A stretch of 64,000 bases of DNA from Nitrosopumilus sp. (GCA_963667665.2 OY763927.2:960001-1024000); one strand, 5' to 3'. Positions 28,053 through 38,920 are shown, counted from the stretch's first letter. Notes: generated by a model from the letters alone, not told the origin. Numbers and translations: made by a program.

Positions 28053-28743
28053 CGAGATAGAACAAGAGTTAGGGGTAATGCAGTTATCTGACTCATTTTT
28101 TCCTACAGGTATTTTTGCTACTTCAAATGGATTAGAATTTCTTTTCACAGAAAAAAAAATTCAAGATATGGCAGACTTGATAGAAATTATCAGAATTAAC
28201 ATTACTCAGCAGATAGGACCATCAGATTGTGTTGCACTTGCAAATGCATTTGATAGTGCAAACAAATGTGATTTTGAAAAAGTGATTGAAGTAGACAATA
28301 TTGCTTTTGCCACTAAATCAATTAAAGAAATACGCAATTCATCAGTAAGATCGGGGGTTCAATTAGTAAAATGTGTTTCAGAATTTATAACAGATGATGA
28401 AATTTTAAATCAATACAAAAACAACATAACAAAAAACAATGCACATGGGATATTTCCTGTGGCATTTGCAATTTGTTGTAATGCATTAAAAATTAAAAAA
28501 GAAAAAAGCATGACGATGTTATTGTATGGTTTTACTGTTGGGGTTGTAGGTGCAGCATTACGATTAGGATTAATTCAACATTTTGAAGGTCAAAAAATAA
28601 TTCACAATATAAAACCAATCATCAGTCAAACTATCAAAGAATATTCTAATGAATCACTTTTTGAAATGTGGCAATTTGCACCCCAAATAGATATTGTTCA
28701 AATGTCACATGAAAAAATGGATTCAAAAATGTTTATTACATAA
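28042..28743 (+). CDS. ureF: Urease accessory protein UreF
   Basis: [16 protein letters not shown] and C-terminal HE...MFIT motifs. Confidence 0.92.
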   Translation: MNIDEIEQELGVMQLSDSFFPTGIFATSNGLEFLFTEKKIQDMADLIEIIRINITQQIGPSDCVALANAFDSANKCDFEKVIEVDNIAFATKSIKEIRNSSVRSGVQLVKCVSEFITDDEILNQYKNNITKNNAHGIFPVAFAICCNALKIKKEKSMTMLLYGFTVGVVGAALRLGLIQHFEGQKIIHNIKPIISQTIKEYSNESLFEMWQFAPQIDIVQMSHEKMDSKMFIT

Positions 28744-28760
28744 AAATTAGATTTTTCATC

Positions 28761-29417
28761 ATGACTCACATCGCAAGAATCGGTATTGGTGGACCAGTTG
28801 GTTCTGGTAAAAGCATGTTAATTGAACGCTTGGTGCCAATGTTGGCTGAAAAGGGATACAGTGTAAGTATAATCTCAAATGATGTGATTTCAAAAGAAGA
28901 TGCTGACAGAATGAGGGATAATTTAGCTACGAAAAAAGGACTACTTCCAGAAAATTTAGTGATTGGTCTTGCAACTGGCGGTTGTCCACATACTGCAATC
29001 AGAGAAGATCCTTCCATGAATCTTGCAGTAATAGAAGAAATAGAATCAGAGCATCCTGATCTTGACCTTATAATTATTGAAAGTGGAGGAGATAACATTA
29101 CAACTACATTCAGTCCCATTCTTGCAGATTATTCTATTTACATAGTTGATGTTGCAGGAGGAGACAAGTATCCAAGAAAAGGCGGATTAGGAATTGAGAG
29201 TTGTGATCTTTTAGTAATTAACAAGATAGATCTTGCCATGATGGTTGGAGCAGACCTTGATATCATGAAAAGAGATGCAGAAAAGATTAGAAAAGAAAAA
29301 CCATTTGAATTTATCAATTGTAAAACAGATGAAGGTATAATGAAGATAACTGAACACATTATTCATGATGTCTTGTTTGATTCTGCACCAAAATCAGAAC
29401 TTACACAAAAGGTGTGA
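28761..29417 (+). CDS. ureG: Urease accessory GTPase UreG
   Basis: [26 protein letters not shown] and NKID motifs. Confidence 0.97.
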   Translation: MTHIARIGIGGPVGSGKSMLIERLVPMLAEKGYSVSIISNDVISKEDADRMRDNLATKKGLLPENLVIGLATGGCPHTAIREDPSMNLAVIEEIESEHPDLDLIIIESGGDNITTTFSPILADYSIYIVDVAGGDKYPRKGGLGIESCDLLVINKIDLAMMVGADLDIMKRDAEKIRKEKPFEFINCKTDEGIMKITEHIIHDVLFDSAPKSELTQKV

Positions 29418-29420
29418 TTA

Positions 29421-30347
29421 TTGAATAAACTAGAATACTACACACCAAATGACATACCAAAAGAAATTCAGACATATGATTCAGAAATAAAACAATTAGG
29501 AGTTGGAAAATCAGGAAAAGTAGGCATTCTTGATTTGGAACTTCAAAAAAACAGTAATGGTAAAACAGTTGTTACAAAACAATTTTCTCAAGTTCCGTTA
29601 CAATTTCAACGAGCATTATATCCTGAAAACTCACTTCCTGAAATGGCATATCTTTATGTTATTTCTCCATCAGGAGGAGTTCTACAAGGGGATAGATACA
29701 GAATGGATGTGTCATTAAAAAATAAGGCCATCGCTCATATGACAACTCAAGGTGCCACTAGCATCTACAGTATGGATTCAAATTTTGCATCACAAATTGT
29801 AAACATCACACTTGATGAGAATTGTTATTTAGAATACATCCCTGATCAAATAATACCAAACAAGAATTCCAGGTATTATCAAAAAGTTAATCTGAATATT
29901 CACGATAATGCAACTTTGGTATATTCAGAAATTTTAACTCCTGGAAGAGTAGCCATGGATGAATCTTTTGAATATGATATTTGTTACCTAAGAACACACT
30001 GTAAGAACCAAGACAAAAAAATAAGGTTTTTAGAAAATACAAAAATTGAGCCAAAAAAACAAAAATTAAAAAATTTTGGAATATTAGGCAAATACAACAC
30101 AGTTGGAACAGTTTACATCTTGACTAGAAAAGAAAATGTAATTGAACTAGAAAATTCAATAAATGAAAGAATCAAAAAGACAGATGCAATGTCTATTGGA
30201 ACATCCATTCTTCCAGATGAATCCGGAATAGTCATCAGAATTTTAGGAGATAAGACAGATAATATTTCTGATGTAATTTTCAAGATACTTGAAATTAGTA
30301 GAAAGAAAATTCTTGGTGCATCAATTAGTAAAATAAGAAAAAACTAG
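29421..30347 (+). CDS. ureD: Urease accessory protein UreD
   Basis: SPSGGVLQGD, TTQGAT, LEYIPD and PGRVA..E.F motifs. Confidence 0.93.
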   Translation: MNKLEYYTPNDIPKEIQTYDSEIKQLGVGKSGKVGILDLELQKNSNGKTVVTKQFSQVPLQFQRALYPENSLPEMAYLYVISPSGGVLQGDRYRMDVSLKNKAIAHMTTQGATSIYSMDSNFASQIVNITLDENCYLEYIPDQIIPNKNSRYYQKVNLNIHDNATLVYSEILTPGRVAMDESFEYDICYLRTHCKNQDKKIRFLENTKIEPKKQKLKNFGILGKYNTVGTVYILTRKENVIELENSINERIKKTDAMSIGTSILPDESGIVIRILGDKTDNISDVIFKILEISRKKILGASISKIRKN

Positions 30348-30378
30348 GCTTAATGCTATACATGGAATATGTAAGACA

Positions 30379-30594
30379 CTAGGGAAGAAGTGAAATATTC
30401 ATTTCTTCTTCTAATTCAGCGTTTTTATCAATCAACAGTTGATTTTGATCATCAATTTCAAACTGATTTTCTGATTCATCTGAAGAATCAAATCCAAAAT
30501 AAAAAATCAAATTAACTACAATAAACATTATTAGAATTAGAACTAATTTGGTTTTAGTTGATAGTGCTCTATTAGAGTCGGGTCTATTAGCCAT
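30379..30594 (-). CDS. Small single-TM hypothetical protein
   Basis: Hydrophobic helix followed by an acidic tail. Confidence 0.55.
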   Translation of the reverse strand: MANRPDSNRALSTKTKLVLILIMFIVVNLIFYFGFDSSDESENQFEIDDQNQLLIDKNAELEEEMNISLLP

Positions 30595-30679
30595 AATGTA
30601 AATTCAAATTACTCATTTTTATCTATGCCTAAAATGAAAATCTCGCCACAAGATTTAAAATTCAATTTGATATGGAAAA

Positions 30680-30919
30680 ATGAAATTGAATGAAAACAAA
30701 ATAGAATGGTATGATGAAATTTTTGATTTTTTAAAGGACGAACACCCTGATTGGGAAAAATTGCTAGTAGATGAACAAGTCAAAATAAAAACAAATCAAC
30801 ATACAATAGAATTTTCTGTAATAGAGCAAGTTTTACAAAAATTTAATCTTAGAATTACTAATATTTCATATACAGACTATTATGGTATAATTTTTAGAAT
30901 TGAGAAATTAGAAAAATAA
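30680..30919 (+). CDS. Hypothetical protein
   Basis: 79-aa ORF with TTTAAAA box about 25 nt upstream. Confidence 0.6.
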   Translation: MKLNENKIEWYDEIFDFLKDEHPDWEKLLVDEQVKIKTNQHTIEFSVIEQVLQKFNLRITNISYTDYYGIIFRIEKLEK

Positions 30920-30984
30920 TTTCACTATACTATATTTCATTTTGACCAATTAGATTTTAATAATCAATTTACCAACGAATTTCA

Positions 30985-31350
30985 ATGGATTATGAAAAAC
31001 TGTGCAAAAACATTCTTGAATTAGATCCAAAAATAAGGTTCACAGGAGTCGTAAATACCAAAGGTGTTCTAGTTAATAGTTTTGAACAGAAGGGAGTGGA
31101 GCAGTATTTGTCCCCTGACGAATTGAAAATGTCCATTCATTATTCAATGTGAGAATGGGAGAAATCTCAAAATCTATCCCATGAACTTGGTTTTGAGAAA
31201 TCTTCAGTTTTAGAATATGACAAAGTTTCCTTAATTAGCATACCAATTGACAGCAGTAACTTATTTGTGGCAAGTATTGAGCCTAATGAAGATTTTTTCA
31301 AAATGATTTCAAAAATAAAACCAATAATACAAAATTTTAATAAAGAATAG
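30985..31350 (+). pseudogene. Roadblock/profilin-like thaumarchaeal protein interrupted by in-frame TGA
   Basis: MDYEKLCKNILELDPKIRFTGVVNTKG...HYSM*EWEK...LEYDKVSLISIP...NKE*; TGA at 31150-31152 and the frame continues intact. Confidence 0.75.
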
Positions 31351-31479
31351 TCATAAGATTTCATTTTTGAAACTTGAAAAAGTTTGATTGGATAGTATGA
31401 TTACTAAAAACCATCTTACCAAAAGCGTACAAAATTCTTAGTTAGTATAGTAATTAGACATAACAAATCGACGTAAACT

Positions 31480-32205
31480 GTGCAAAAAGAATTTCCTGAA
31501 GCTGAGATCTTTGAGATTAAGAAAGTAGAATTAAAGAACCCAATAATTTTTGCAGGTTTTGTTGGAGCAGGCCTTGTAGGTCCTGTTGCAATTAATCACA
31601 TTATTGATAAATTAGAAATGGAGGAGATCGGAGTGATGAGATCAAAGTATCTTCCCCCATCAACAGTTTTCATGAGAGGTAGATTACGTCATCCTTTTAG
31701 ATTTTATGCAAATCAAAAAGGAACAATTTGTGCAATAATTTGTGAAATAACATTGAAGATGGAAGGACTTTACTGTCTGGTATCATCAATTTTAGATTGG
31801 GCAGCAGAAAAAGGATCAAAAGAAATTGTAATTCTAGATGGAGTTGCAAGTGATGAACATGATAACAAAGCATACTGTGCAGCTGAAGAAGATCTGATTA
31901 GAACAATGGCAGACAAAGATATCAGTATGATTCCTCAAGGATTCATTACAGGTATTCCTGGAGGTATACTAAACGAATGTCTAGTAAGAGAAATTCAAGG
32001 TCTAACACTATTAGCAAAAGCAAACAAAACATCACCGGATTCTGCTGCAGCAGCGACTCTGATTGAGGCATTAAATCGATTCTATGAAATGGACATAGAC
32101 ACAACAGAGCTTCAAGAAGACAAAGAAAGAATTAGTTCAGAATTCAGTGAATTATCTCAAAAGTATGTAGAACACAGAGAAGAGACATCTGGAATGTACA
32201 TGTGA
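31480..32205 (+). CDS. PAC2 family proteasome assembly chaperone
   Basis: GFVGAGLVG, PFRFY, ILDG, G.ITGIPG.IL and PD..AAA motifs. Confidence 0.88.
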   Translation: MQKEFPEAEIFEIKKVELKNPIIFAGFVGAGLVGPVAINHIIDKLEMEEIGVMRSKYLPPSTVFMRGRLRHPFRFYANQKGTICAIICEITLKMEGLYCLVSSILDWAAEKGSKEIVILDGVASDEHDNKAYCAAEEDLIRTMADKDISMIPQGFITGIPGGILNECLVREIQGLTLLAKANKTSPDSAAAATLIEALNRFYEMDIDTTELQEDKERISSEFSELSQKYVEHREETSGMYM

Positions 32206-32254
32206 TTAAAACTACAAGCAAATTCTTTTATTCACAGCATATACGCATCAAACT

Positions 32255-33277
32255 ATGGCTCTAACCTACAAAAAAGCAGGTGTAGACATTTCTAAAATTA
32301 AACAAAGCCAGGCAGCAATTGGCAAACTAATTACATCAACTCACAAGCTTCAGAAAAAAGCAAAGATTGCACATGGATTTGGACATTATGCAGGAATTGT
32401 AGAGATTCCAGGTGGTAAACTTTTGGCTACCCATACAGATGGCGTTGGAACCAAAGTAGTAATTGCAAATATGATGAAAAAATATGACACAATAGGAATT
32501 GATTGTATTGCAATGAATGTTAATGATATAATCTGTATTGGTGCAACACCAATCTCATTTGTAGATTATATTGCTGCAAACAAAAATGATGTGAAGTTAT
32601 TTAAAAAAATTGTCGAAGGATTGGTCAAAGGTGCAAAAAAAGCAGCAGTTCCAATTGTTGGAGGAGAAACTGCAATAATGCCAGATTTAATTTCAGGTAA
32701 AGAATTTTCATTTGATTTAGCTGGAATGGTTTTAGGATTAGTTTCAAAAAAAGAAATGGTTTTAGGAAATAAAATAAAAGTAGGGGACATTATCATCGGT
32801 GTAAAAAGTTCCGGAATTCATTCAAATGGTTATTCACTTGCAAGAAAAGCATTATTAACAAAATATTCTATAAAAGATAAAATTAAAGGAGTAGGAATGT
32901 TAGGAAATGCATTACTTACCCCTACAGAAATTTATGTAAAACCAGTTTTAGAAGCAAATCAAAAATGCAAAGTTAATGGTTTAGCACATATCACAGGAGG
33001 TTCATTTACAAAACTACTACGACTAAAAAATATTGGATATGAGATTGATTCCTTACCAAAAATTCCACCAATAATGGGCCTGATTGAAGAACAAGGAGTA
33101 AAACCAGAGGAAATGTACAAGACATTTAACATGGGTGTTGGTTTTTGTTTGATCTCACCACAAAGTGAAGTTAAAAAAATAAGAAAAATTTTCAAAAAAC
33201 ACAAAATAAGCACATATGAAATTGGTCACATTAGTAAAAAGAAAGGCGTCGTTGTAAACTCTAAAAAAATAGCATAA
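32255..33277 (+). CDS. purM: Phosphoribosylformylglycinamidine cyclo-ligase (AIR synthetase)
   Basis: YKKAGVD, TDGVGTK, GGETA, SSGIHSNGYS, AHITGG and TFNMGVG motifs. Confidence 0.97.
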   Translation: MALTYKKAGVDISKIKQSQAAIGKLITSTHKLQKKAKIAHGFGHYAGIVEIPGGKLLATHTDGVGTKVVIANMMKKYDTIGIDCIAMNVNDIICIGATPISFVDYIAANKNDVKLFKKIVEGLVKGAKKAAVPIVGGETAIMPDLISGKEFSFDLAGMVLGLVSKKEMVLGNKIKVGDIIIGVKSSGIHSNGYSLARKALLTKYSIKDKIKGVGMLGNALLTPTEIYVKPVLEANQKCKVNGLAHITGGSFTKLLRLKNIGYEIDSLPKIPPIMGLIEEQGVKPEEMYKTFNMGVGFCLISPQSEVKKIRKIFKKHKISTYEIGHISKKKGVVVNSKKIA

Positions 33278-33312
33278 ATAGCCTCAATCTTAATCAAAAT
33301 CGGTTAATTAGA

Positions 33313-34725
33313 TTGCAGAAAATTATGCCAATAATTGGAATCACGCTTGTTGCTGTAGTCATTATGATGTTTACATTACCCGAGATGATTGGGTTAGAGT
33401 TTACAGTTGCAATGGCGTTAACCATGTCTGTTTTGATGGGAATTTACGTGATTTTAGTTACAGAAGTAATTCACAGAACAGCACTTGCGATGATTGGCGC
33501 ACTCATCATTATTATTGTTCTAATTTACACGGGTCTAATTCCTGCACATGATAGTGTTGACTTTGTAATAGGATCCATTGACTTCAACACAATTGGATTA
33601 CTTTTGGGAATGATGATAATTGTTGGAATTCTTGGAGAGACAGGGATTTTTCAATATATAGGAATTAAGGCAGCAAAACTTGCCAAGGGAAATGTCTGGA
33701 AGCTTATGATATTGTTGTCAGTTATTACAGCAGTAGGTTCTGCATTTTTGGATAATGTTACTATGGTTCTTCTTATAGTCCCTGTAACTATTTCTGTTGC
33801 AAGAATTCTCAACATAAATCCAATATCTATCATTCTTGCAGAAATTTTTGCATCAAACATTGGTGGTGCCGCTACTCTAATTGGTGATCCTCCCAACATT
33901 ATAATTGCATCTGCTGCAAATCTTGATTTTATGAGTTTTGCATACCACATGACTCCAGAAGTTATTATCACATTTTTAGCATCTTTAGTTATTCTCAAAC
34001 TCTTGTTTAGAAAAGATCTTAAACAAAAGCCCGAGAATGTTGAGAAACTAATGCAAATTGATGAAAAAAAAGAAATCAAAGATCCTGCACTACTCAAAAA
34101 AAGTGCGATAGTTTTAATCGGAGTAGTTATTGCATTTATGTTCCATGGAGTTTTAGATGTTGAAGTTTCAATTATTGCATTGGCCGGAGCTGCAATTCTT
34201 TTGGTAATTACAAAAATTCATCCAGGAAAAGCATTTGTTCATGTAGAATGGACTACCTTGATGTTTTTCGCAGGATTGTTCATTATTGTATCAGGTGTTG
34301 AATTAACAGGAGCACTGGAACTCTTTGCTCATCAAATAGTTACTGCAACTGGAGGTAATTTTGAAGCAACAGCAGTCATGATTATATGGTCATCCGCATT
34401 TGCTTCAGCATTTGTGGACAATATCCCATATACTGCCACAATGATTCCAATTATTGAAAACATTTCACTAGACCCAAACATAGCAAATAGGTTAGATACT
34501 CTCGATTTCAATCCTTTGTGGTATGCATTAGCAATAGGTGCAGATTTTGGAGGAAATGGAACTTTAATTGGTGCAAGTGCAAATCTTGTAGCCATTGCAG
34601 TTATGGAAAGGCACGGTTATCGAATGGCATTCAAAGATTTCATCATAAAAGGAATGCCATTCATGATTGCAACAACAGCAATTGGTACAGGTGTGTATCT
34701 AGTAAGATTGATGTTAAATGTATAA
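33313..34725 (+). CDS. ArsB/NhaD (P-protein-like) ion transporter
   Basis: LLLGMMI, SAFLDNVT, SNIGGAATLIGDPPN, VDNIP and GGNGTLIGASAN motifs. Confidence 0.9.
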   Translation: MQKIMPIIGITLVAVVIMMFTLPEMIGLEFTVAMALTMSVLMGIYVILVTEVIHRTALAMIGALIIIIVLIYTGLIPAHDSVDFVIGSIDFNTIGLLLGMMIIVGILGETGIFQYIGIKAAKLAKGNVWKLMILLSVITAVGSAFLDNVTMVLLIVPVTISVARILNINPISIILAEIFASNIGGAATLIGDPPNIIIASAANLDFMSFAYHMTPEVIITFLASLVILKLLFRKDLKQKPENVEKLMQIDEKKEIKDPALLKKSAIVLIGVVIAFMFHGVLDVEVSIIALAGAAILLVITKIHPGKAFVHVEWTTLMFFAGLFIIVSGVELTGALELFAHQIVTATGGNFEATAVMIIWSSAFASAFVDNIPYTATMIPIIENISLDPNIANRLDTLDFNPLWYALAIGADFGGNGTLIGASANLVAIAVMERHGYRMAFKDFIIKGMPFMIATTAIGTGVYLVRLMLNV

Positions 34726-34767
34726 CAATATCTTTGGCTTTTTATTTGAGATGAATTGGTGTAAAGT

Positions 34768-35067
34768 ATGGTATTAGAAAAAGAATTCAAAGATAAAATA
34801 AGTTCGTTGATTGATGAATGTCTTATTCCTCATGGAATTCAGACACATGAATGTGATCAGGGACATTGGAAATTTAGATCTGAAGAAGATTTCAAGTATG
34901 GTCATAAAGCTGGCATAGTAATGGGAATAACTATGGGATATTATATTGCAAAATATGGTAAACTTCCTGCAAATGAAGATTTAACGGAAATGACAGAAAT
35001 GATTGAATTACGTAAAGATGAGATTAAAAAAAGTTTTGATGACATACACTTTTTCTATAAAGTATAG
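34768..35067 (+). CDS. Hypothetical protein, paralogue of 40556-40855
   Basis: Shares W(K)xxxExDFxYGxxxG and a C-terminal helix pattern with 40556-40855. Confidence 0.65.
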   Translation: MVLEKEFKDKISSLIDECLIPHGIQTHECDQGHWKFRSEEDFKYGHKAGIVMGITMGYYIAKYGKLPANEDLTEMTEMIELRKDEIKKSFDDIHFFYKV

Positions 35068-35183
35068 ATCATAACATCAACAATTTTGTGCTTAAAAAAA
35101 ATCAGCAATAATAATTTAGTTAGTTTACTTAAACTAAAAGTCATAAAGTCTTAAATTATATAAAAAAATGGAAATGACAAGAA

Positions 35184-35447
35184 ATGTCAGCAGAAATAAG
35201 CAATGATTCATTCAGAGCAAATATGATTGCGCAAATTAAAGAAATTCAGGAGACACTAAACGAATTAAAAACTATCAAAAGAAAGACTGTAAAGAGAAAA
35301 CCAGCTAAGAGAAGAACTAAAGCTAAAAGAAAGACTGTAAAGAGAAACCCAGCTAAGAGAAGAACTAAAGCTAAAAGAAAGACTGTAAAGAGAAACCCAA
35401 CTAAGAGAAGAACTAAAGCTAAAAGAAAGACCAGTAGACAAAGATAG
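35184..35447 (+). CDS. Lys/Arg-rich histone H1-like small protein
   Basis: N-terminal coiled coil followed by (KRKTVKR[K/N]P[A/T]KRRTKA)x3. Confidence 0.75.
   Translation: MSAEISNDSFRANMIAQIKEIQETLNELKTIKRKTVKRKPAKRRTKAKRKTVKRNPAKRRTKAKRKTVKRNPTKRRTKAKRKTSRQR
35277..35431 (+). repeat. 48-bp tandem repeat, about 3.2 copies (coding)
   Basis: Unit AAAAGAAAGACTGTAAAGAGAAA(A/C)CCA(G/A)CTAAGAGAAGAACTAAAGCT. Confidence 0.95.
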
Positions 35448-35503
35448 ATACCAGGTAAGCCAAATTATTTAACGAATTTATGTCCAAATCAGTATGATAA
35501 TTC

Positions 35504-37090
35504 ATGATTAACCTAGATTCTGTTTTTTCTAAAGCATGTAGTGAAATCACTCAGAACCTACTCACAATTAATGAGCCTAGCAAAAAGCAGGTGAAACAAG
35601 AAATTATAAAAATCTGTGCCAAATATTCACTTGAAAGAATTCCAAGAAATTATGAAATTTTATCAATGGCAAAGGAATCAGATTTCAATAAATTAAGAAA
35701 AGTATTATTGAAAAAGCCAGTTAAAACAGCATCAGGAGTAGCAGTAATTGCACTCATGCCAAAACCATATGCATGTCCACATGGAAGATGTACATATTGT
35801 CCAGGTGGAATTGAATTTAACACACCAAACAGTTACACAGGAAAAGAACCATCCACATTAAATGCAATAGGAAATCAATATGATCCTAAATTACAAATCT
35901 TGTCAAAGATTGACAAGTTGGTTACATTTGGACATGACACATCTAAAATGGAGATTGTAATTGTTGGAGGTACTTTTCTCTTTATGCCAAAAGACTATCA
36001 AGAAAATTTTATCAAATCATGTTATGATGCACTAAATGGAACAGATTCAAAAAATTTGCAAGAAGCTAAATCAAATAACGAACATGCAGAAATAAGAAAT
36101 GTAGGATTCACAATTGAAACAAAACCAGACTATTGTAAGAAAAAAGATATAGATTTAATGTTAAGTTATGGAATAACAAGAATAGAGATTGGTGTTCAAT
36201 CATTACAAGAAAGAGTATATCAAATAGTTAACAGAGGTCACAACTACAATGATGTGACAGAATCATTTCAAATTTCAAAAGATGCAGGTTACAAAATTGT
36301 TGCACATATGATGCCAGGTTTACCTACAATGACTCCAGAAGAAGACGTTGCTGATTTTAAAAAACTATTTTCTGATTCACAGTTACGACCAGACATGTTG
36401 AAAATTTATCCATCATTAGTAATTGAAAATACACCGCTCTATGAAGAATACAAACAAGGAAAATACATTCCATACTCTGATGAAGACATGATCAATGTAT
36501 TAACAGAAGCAAAAAAGAATGTTCCAAAATGGGTTAGAATTATGCGTGTACAAAGGGAAATTTCTCCAAATGAGATTATTGCTGGACCAAAATCAGGTAA
36601 CCTAAGACAAATTGTCCATCAAAACTTAGCCAAACAGGGACTTTCATGTAGATGTATCAGATGCAGAGAAGTGGGCCTCTCTAACAAAAAATCAGATGTA
36701 GGCGAGGTGAAACTAAACAGAATAGATTATGATTCCTCAGATGGAAAAGAGGTGTTTTTGTCTTATGAAGACAAAAATGAATCCATTTACGGATTTTTGA
36801 GATTAAGAAAACCAAGCATTAATGCTCACAGAGATGAGATTAAACAAGACACGTGTATTGTAAGAGAAATTCACGTCTATGGAAAATCACTGAAACTTGG
36901 AGAGAAAGAAGAGAATGAAGTTCAACATTCAGGACTAGGAAAAAATTTGATGAAAGAAGCAGAAAAAATTTCGAAAGAAGAATTTGATGCAAAGAAAATT
37001 TTAGTAATCAGTGCAGTTGGCACCAGAGAATATTATCAAAAGTTAGGGTATTCGTTATATGGGCCATACATGTCGAAAACATTGAACTAG
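35504..37090 (+). CDS. elp3: Elp3 tRNA U34 carboxymethyltransferase (radical SAM plus KAT domain)
   Basis: KPVKTASGV, CPHGRCTYCPGG, ETKPD, CRCIRCRE, REIHVYG and QHSGLG motifs. Confidence 0.96.
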   Translation: MINLDSVFSKACSEITQNLLTINEPSKKQVKQEIIKICAKYSLERIPRNYEILSMAKESDFNKLRKVLLKKPVKTASGVAVIALMPKPYACPHGRCTYCPGGIEFNTPNSYTGKEPSTLNAIGNQYDPKLQILSKIDKLVTFGHDTSKMEIVIVGGTFLFMPKDYQENFIKSCYDALNGTDSKNLQEAKSNNEHAEIRNVGFTIETKPDYCKKKDIDLMLSYGITRIEIGVQSLQERVYQIVNRGHNYNDVTESFQISKDAGYKIVAHMMPGLPTMTPEEDVADFKKLFSDSQLRPDMLKIYPSLVIENTPLYEEYKQGKYIPYSDEDMINVLTEAKKNVPKWVRIMRVQREISPNEIIAGPKSGNLRQIVHQNLAKQGLSCRCIRCREVGLSNKKSDVGEVKLNRIDYDSSDGKEVFLSYEDKNESIYGFLRLRKPSINAHRDEIKQDTCIVREIHVYGKSLKLGEKEENEVQHSGLGKNLMKEAEKISKEEFDAKKILVISAVGTREYYQKLGYSLYGPYMSKTLN

Positions 37091-37099
37091 TGAAAAGAA

Positions 37100-38689
37100 A
37101 TGTCAGATCAAAAAGTTATCGGGAAAGGAACTTGGATAGATAAATTAGCTTTTGAATTACTTGAACGTGAAAAATCTCTTGGAAGAAATTTAGATATTCT
37201 TAGAGTGGAAAGTGGTCTTGGTGCATCAGGAATCCCACACATTGGAAGTTTAGGTGATGCAGTAAGAGCATACGGAGTTAAATTAGCATTAGAAAATTTA
37301 GGACACAAATCAGAACTAATTGCTTATTCAGATGATCTTGATGGATTAAGAAAAATTCCAGAAGGGATGCAAGAGTTTGGGTTAGAAGGACATATTGCTA
37401 AACCAGTATCATTAATTCCTGATCCTTATGGATGTCATGACTCCTATGGAATGCACATGAGCAGTATTCTTTTAGATGGACTTGACAAAGTAGGAATAAA
37501 GTACGAGTTTAGAAGAGCTGTTGACACTTACAAACAAGGATTACTAAAAGATCAAATCCATACAATCTTGCAAAACAGTACAAAGATTGGAGAAAAAATT
37601 GCAGAACTTGTTGGACAAGAAAAATACCAAAAATATCTACCATATTTTCCAGTTTGTGCCAATTGTAGTCGTCTATACACAGCAGAATCTACAGAATACA
37701 TTGCAGATGAAAGAAAAGTAAAGTACAGATGTCATGACGTTGAAATTGGCTCAAAAATTATCAAAGGATGTGGTCATGATGGAGAAGCAGACATCACAAA
37801 AGACCTTGGGAAATTAGCCTGGAAAGTTGAATTTGCAGCAAGATGGTCAGCATTTGATATCAGATTTGAAGCATATGGAAAAGACATAATGGATTCTGTA
37901 AAAGTAAATGATTGGGTTGCAGATGAAATTTTAGGATTTGCACATCCTCATCATGTAAAATATGAAATGTTCTTAGACAAAGGAGGAAAAAAGATTTCAA
38001 AATCATTAGGCAATGTCATAACTGCACAAAAATGGTTAGAGTTTGGTAGTCCAAAATCAATTTTATTATTATTATACAAAAGAATTACAGGTGCACGAGA
38101 ACTAGGATTTGAAGATATTCCATCTTTGATGAATGAATACAATGAATTAGAAGACACTTACTTTGGAAGAATCAAAATAGATAATCAAGCCAAACTAACA
38201 AAATTAAAAGGCCTCTATGAATATGTAAATTTACTTAGTCCTCCAAAACAATCAAGCATACATGTTAACTATAGACTATTAATAGAATTAACAAAAATCT
38301 TCAAAGAAGATAGAGGAGAAAGAGTAATGAAAAAATTGCTAGACTATGGAGTAATAAAAAATCCTGAGCAAGAAATTAAAAAACTCATTGTTCTTGCAGG
38401 TAACTTTTCAGATGAGTTTGATCAACAAGAAAAAATACAAGTGGATTTAGATAATTCTGCAAAAACTGCATTAAAGATACTTGTAGATGAACTTGGTGCA
38501 GAAAAGGAACCAGAAGACATTCAAAATACAATTTATCAGATTGCAAAATCAAATGATGTACAACCAAAAGATTTCTTTAAAATATTATATCAAATAATAT
38601 TGGGAACATCAAGAGGACCAAAGATAGGACCATTCATCTCAGACATTGGAAGAAAACAAGTAGCAAAAACACTTTCAGAGTATACGTAA
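37100..38689 (+). CDS. lysS: Lysyl-tRNA synthetase class I
   Basis: SGIPHIG, KLAWKVEFAARW, KISKSLGN and GPKIG motifs. Confidence 0.96.
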   Translation: MSDQKVIGKGTWIDKLAFELLEREKSLGRNLDILRVESGLGASGIPHIGSLGDAVRAYGVKLALENLGHKSELIAYSDDLDGLRKIPEGMQEFGLEGHIAKPVSLIPDPYGCHDSYGMHMSSILLDGLDKVGIKYEFRRAVDTYKQGLLKDQIHTILQNSTKIGEKIAELVGQEKYQKYLPYFPVCANCSRLYTAESTEYIADERKVKYRCHDVEIGSKIIKGCGHDGEADITKDLGKLAWKVEFAARWSAFDIRFEAYGKDIMDSVKVNDWVADEILGFAHPHHVKYEMFLDKGGKKISKSLGNVITAQKWLEFGSPKSILLLLYKRITGARELGFEDIPSLMNEYNELEDTYFGRIKIDNQAKLTKLKGLYEYVNLLSPPKQSSIHVNYRLLIELTKIFKEDRGERVMKKLLDYGVIKNPEQEIKKLIVLAGNFSDEFDQQEKIQVDLDNSAKTALKILVDELGAEKEPEDIQNTIYQIAKSNDVQPKDFFKILYQIILGTSRGPKIGPFISDIGRKQVAKTLSEYT

Positions 38690-38691
38690 TC

Positions 38692-38892
38692 ATGGTTCAC
38701 GGAGAACATAATAGATCAAGAAATAATGGTGGATTTGCTCTGATAATTTTAGGAGCATTATTACTATTTCTTGCACCAAATATCTACCCAGAAATGCCAG
38801 GATTAGGCATGATTGCATTGTTTGGAGGAGTAATTATTGGTATTATTGGATTTTATCTCAAATTTTTTAGAGACCGAGTCAAGCATGAGTAA
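38692..38892 (+). CDS. Small two-TM membrane protein
   Basis: Two hydrophobic helices; directly follows lysS. Confidence 0.65.
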   Translation: MVHGEHNRSRNNGGFALIILGALLLFLAPNIYPEMPGLGMIALFGGVIIGIIGFYLKFFRDRVKHE

Positions 38893-38920
38893 TGAAAGAT
38901 TCATCTTTTGGAAATAATCA

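Noticed and set aside
31167-31364. Minus-strand 65-aa ORF
   Set aside because: Antisense to the 3' half of the interrupted roadblock-like gene
35277-35431. Tandem repeat as a possible CRISPR array
   Set aside because: No unique spacers, the unit is an in-frame 48 bp within a CDS, and there are no cas genes
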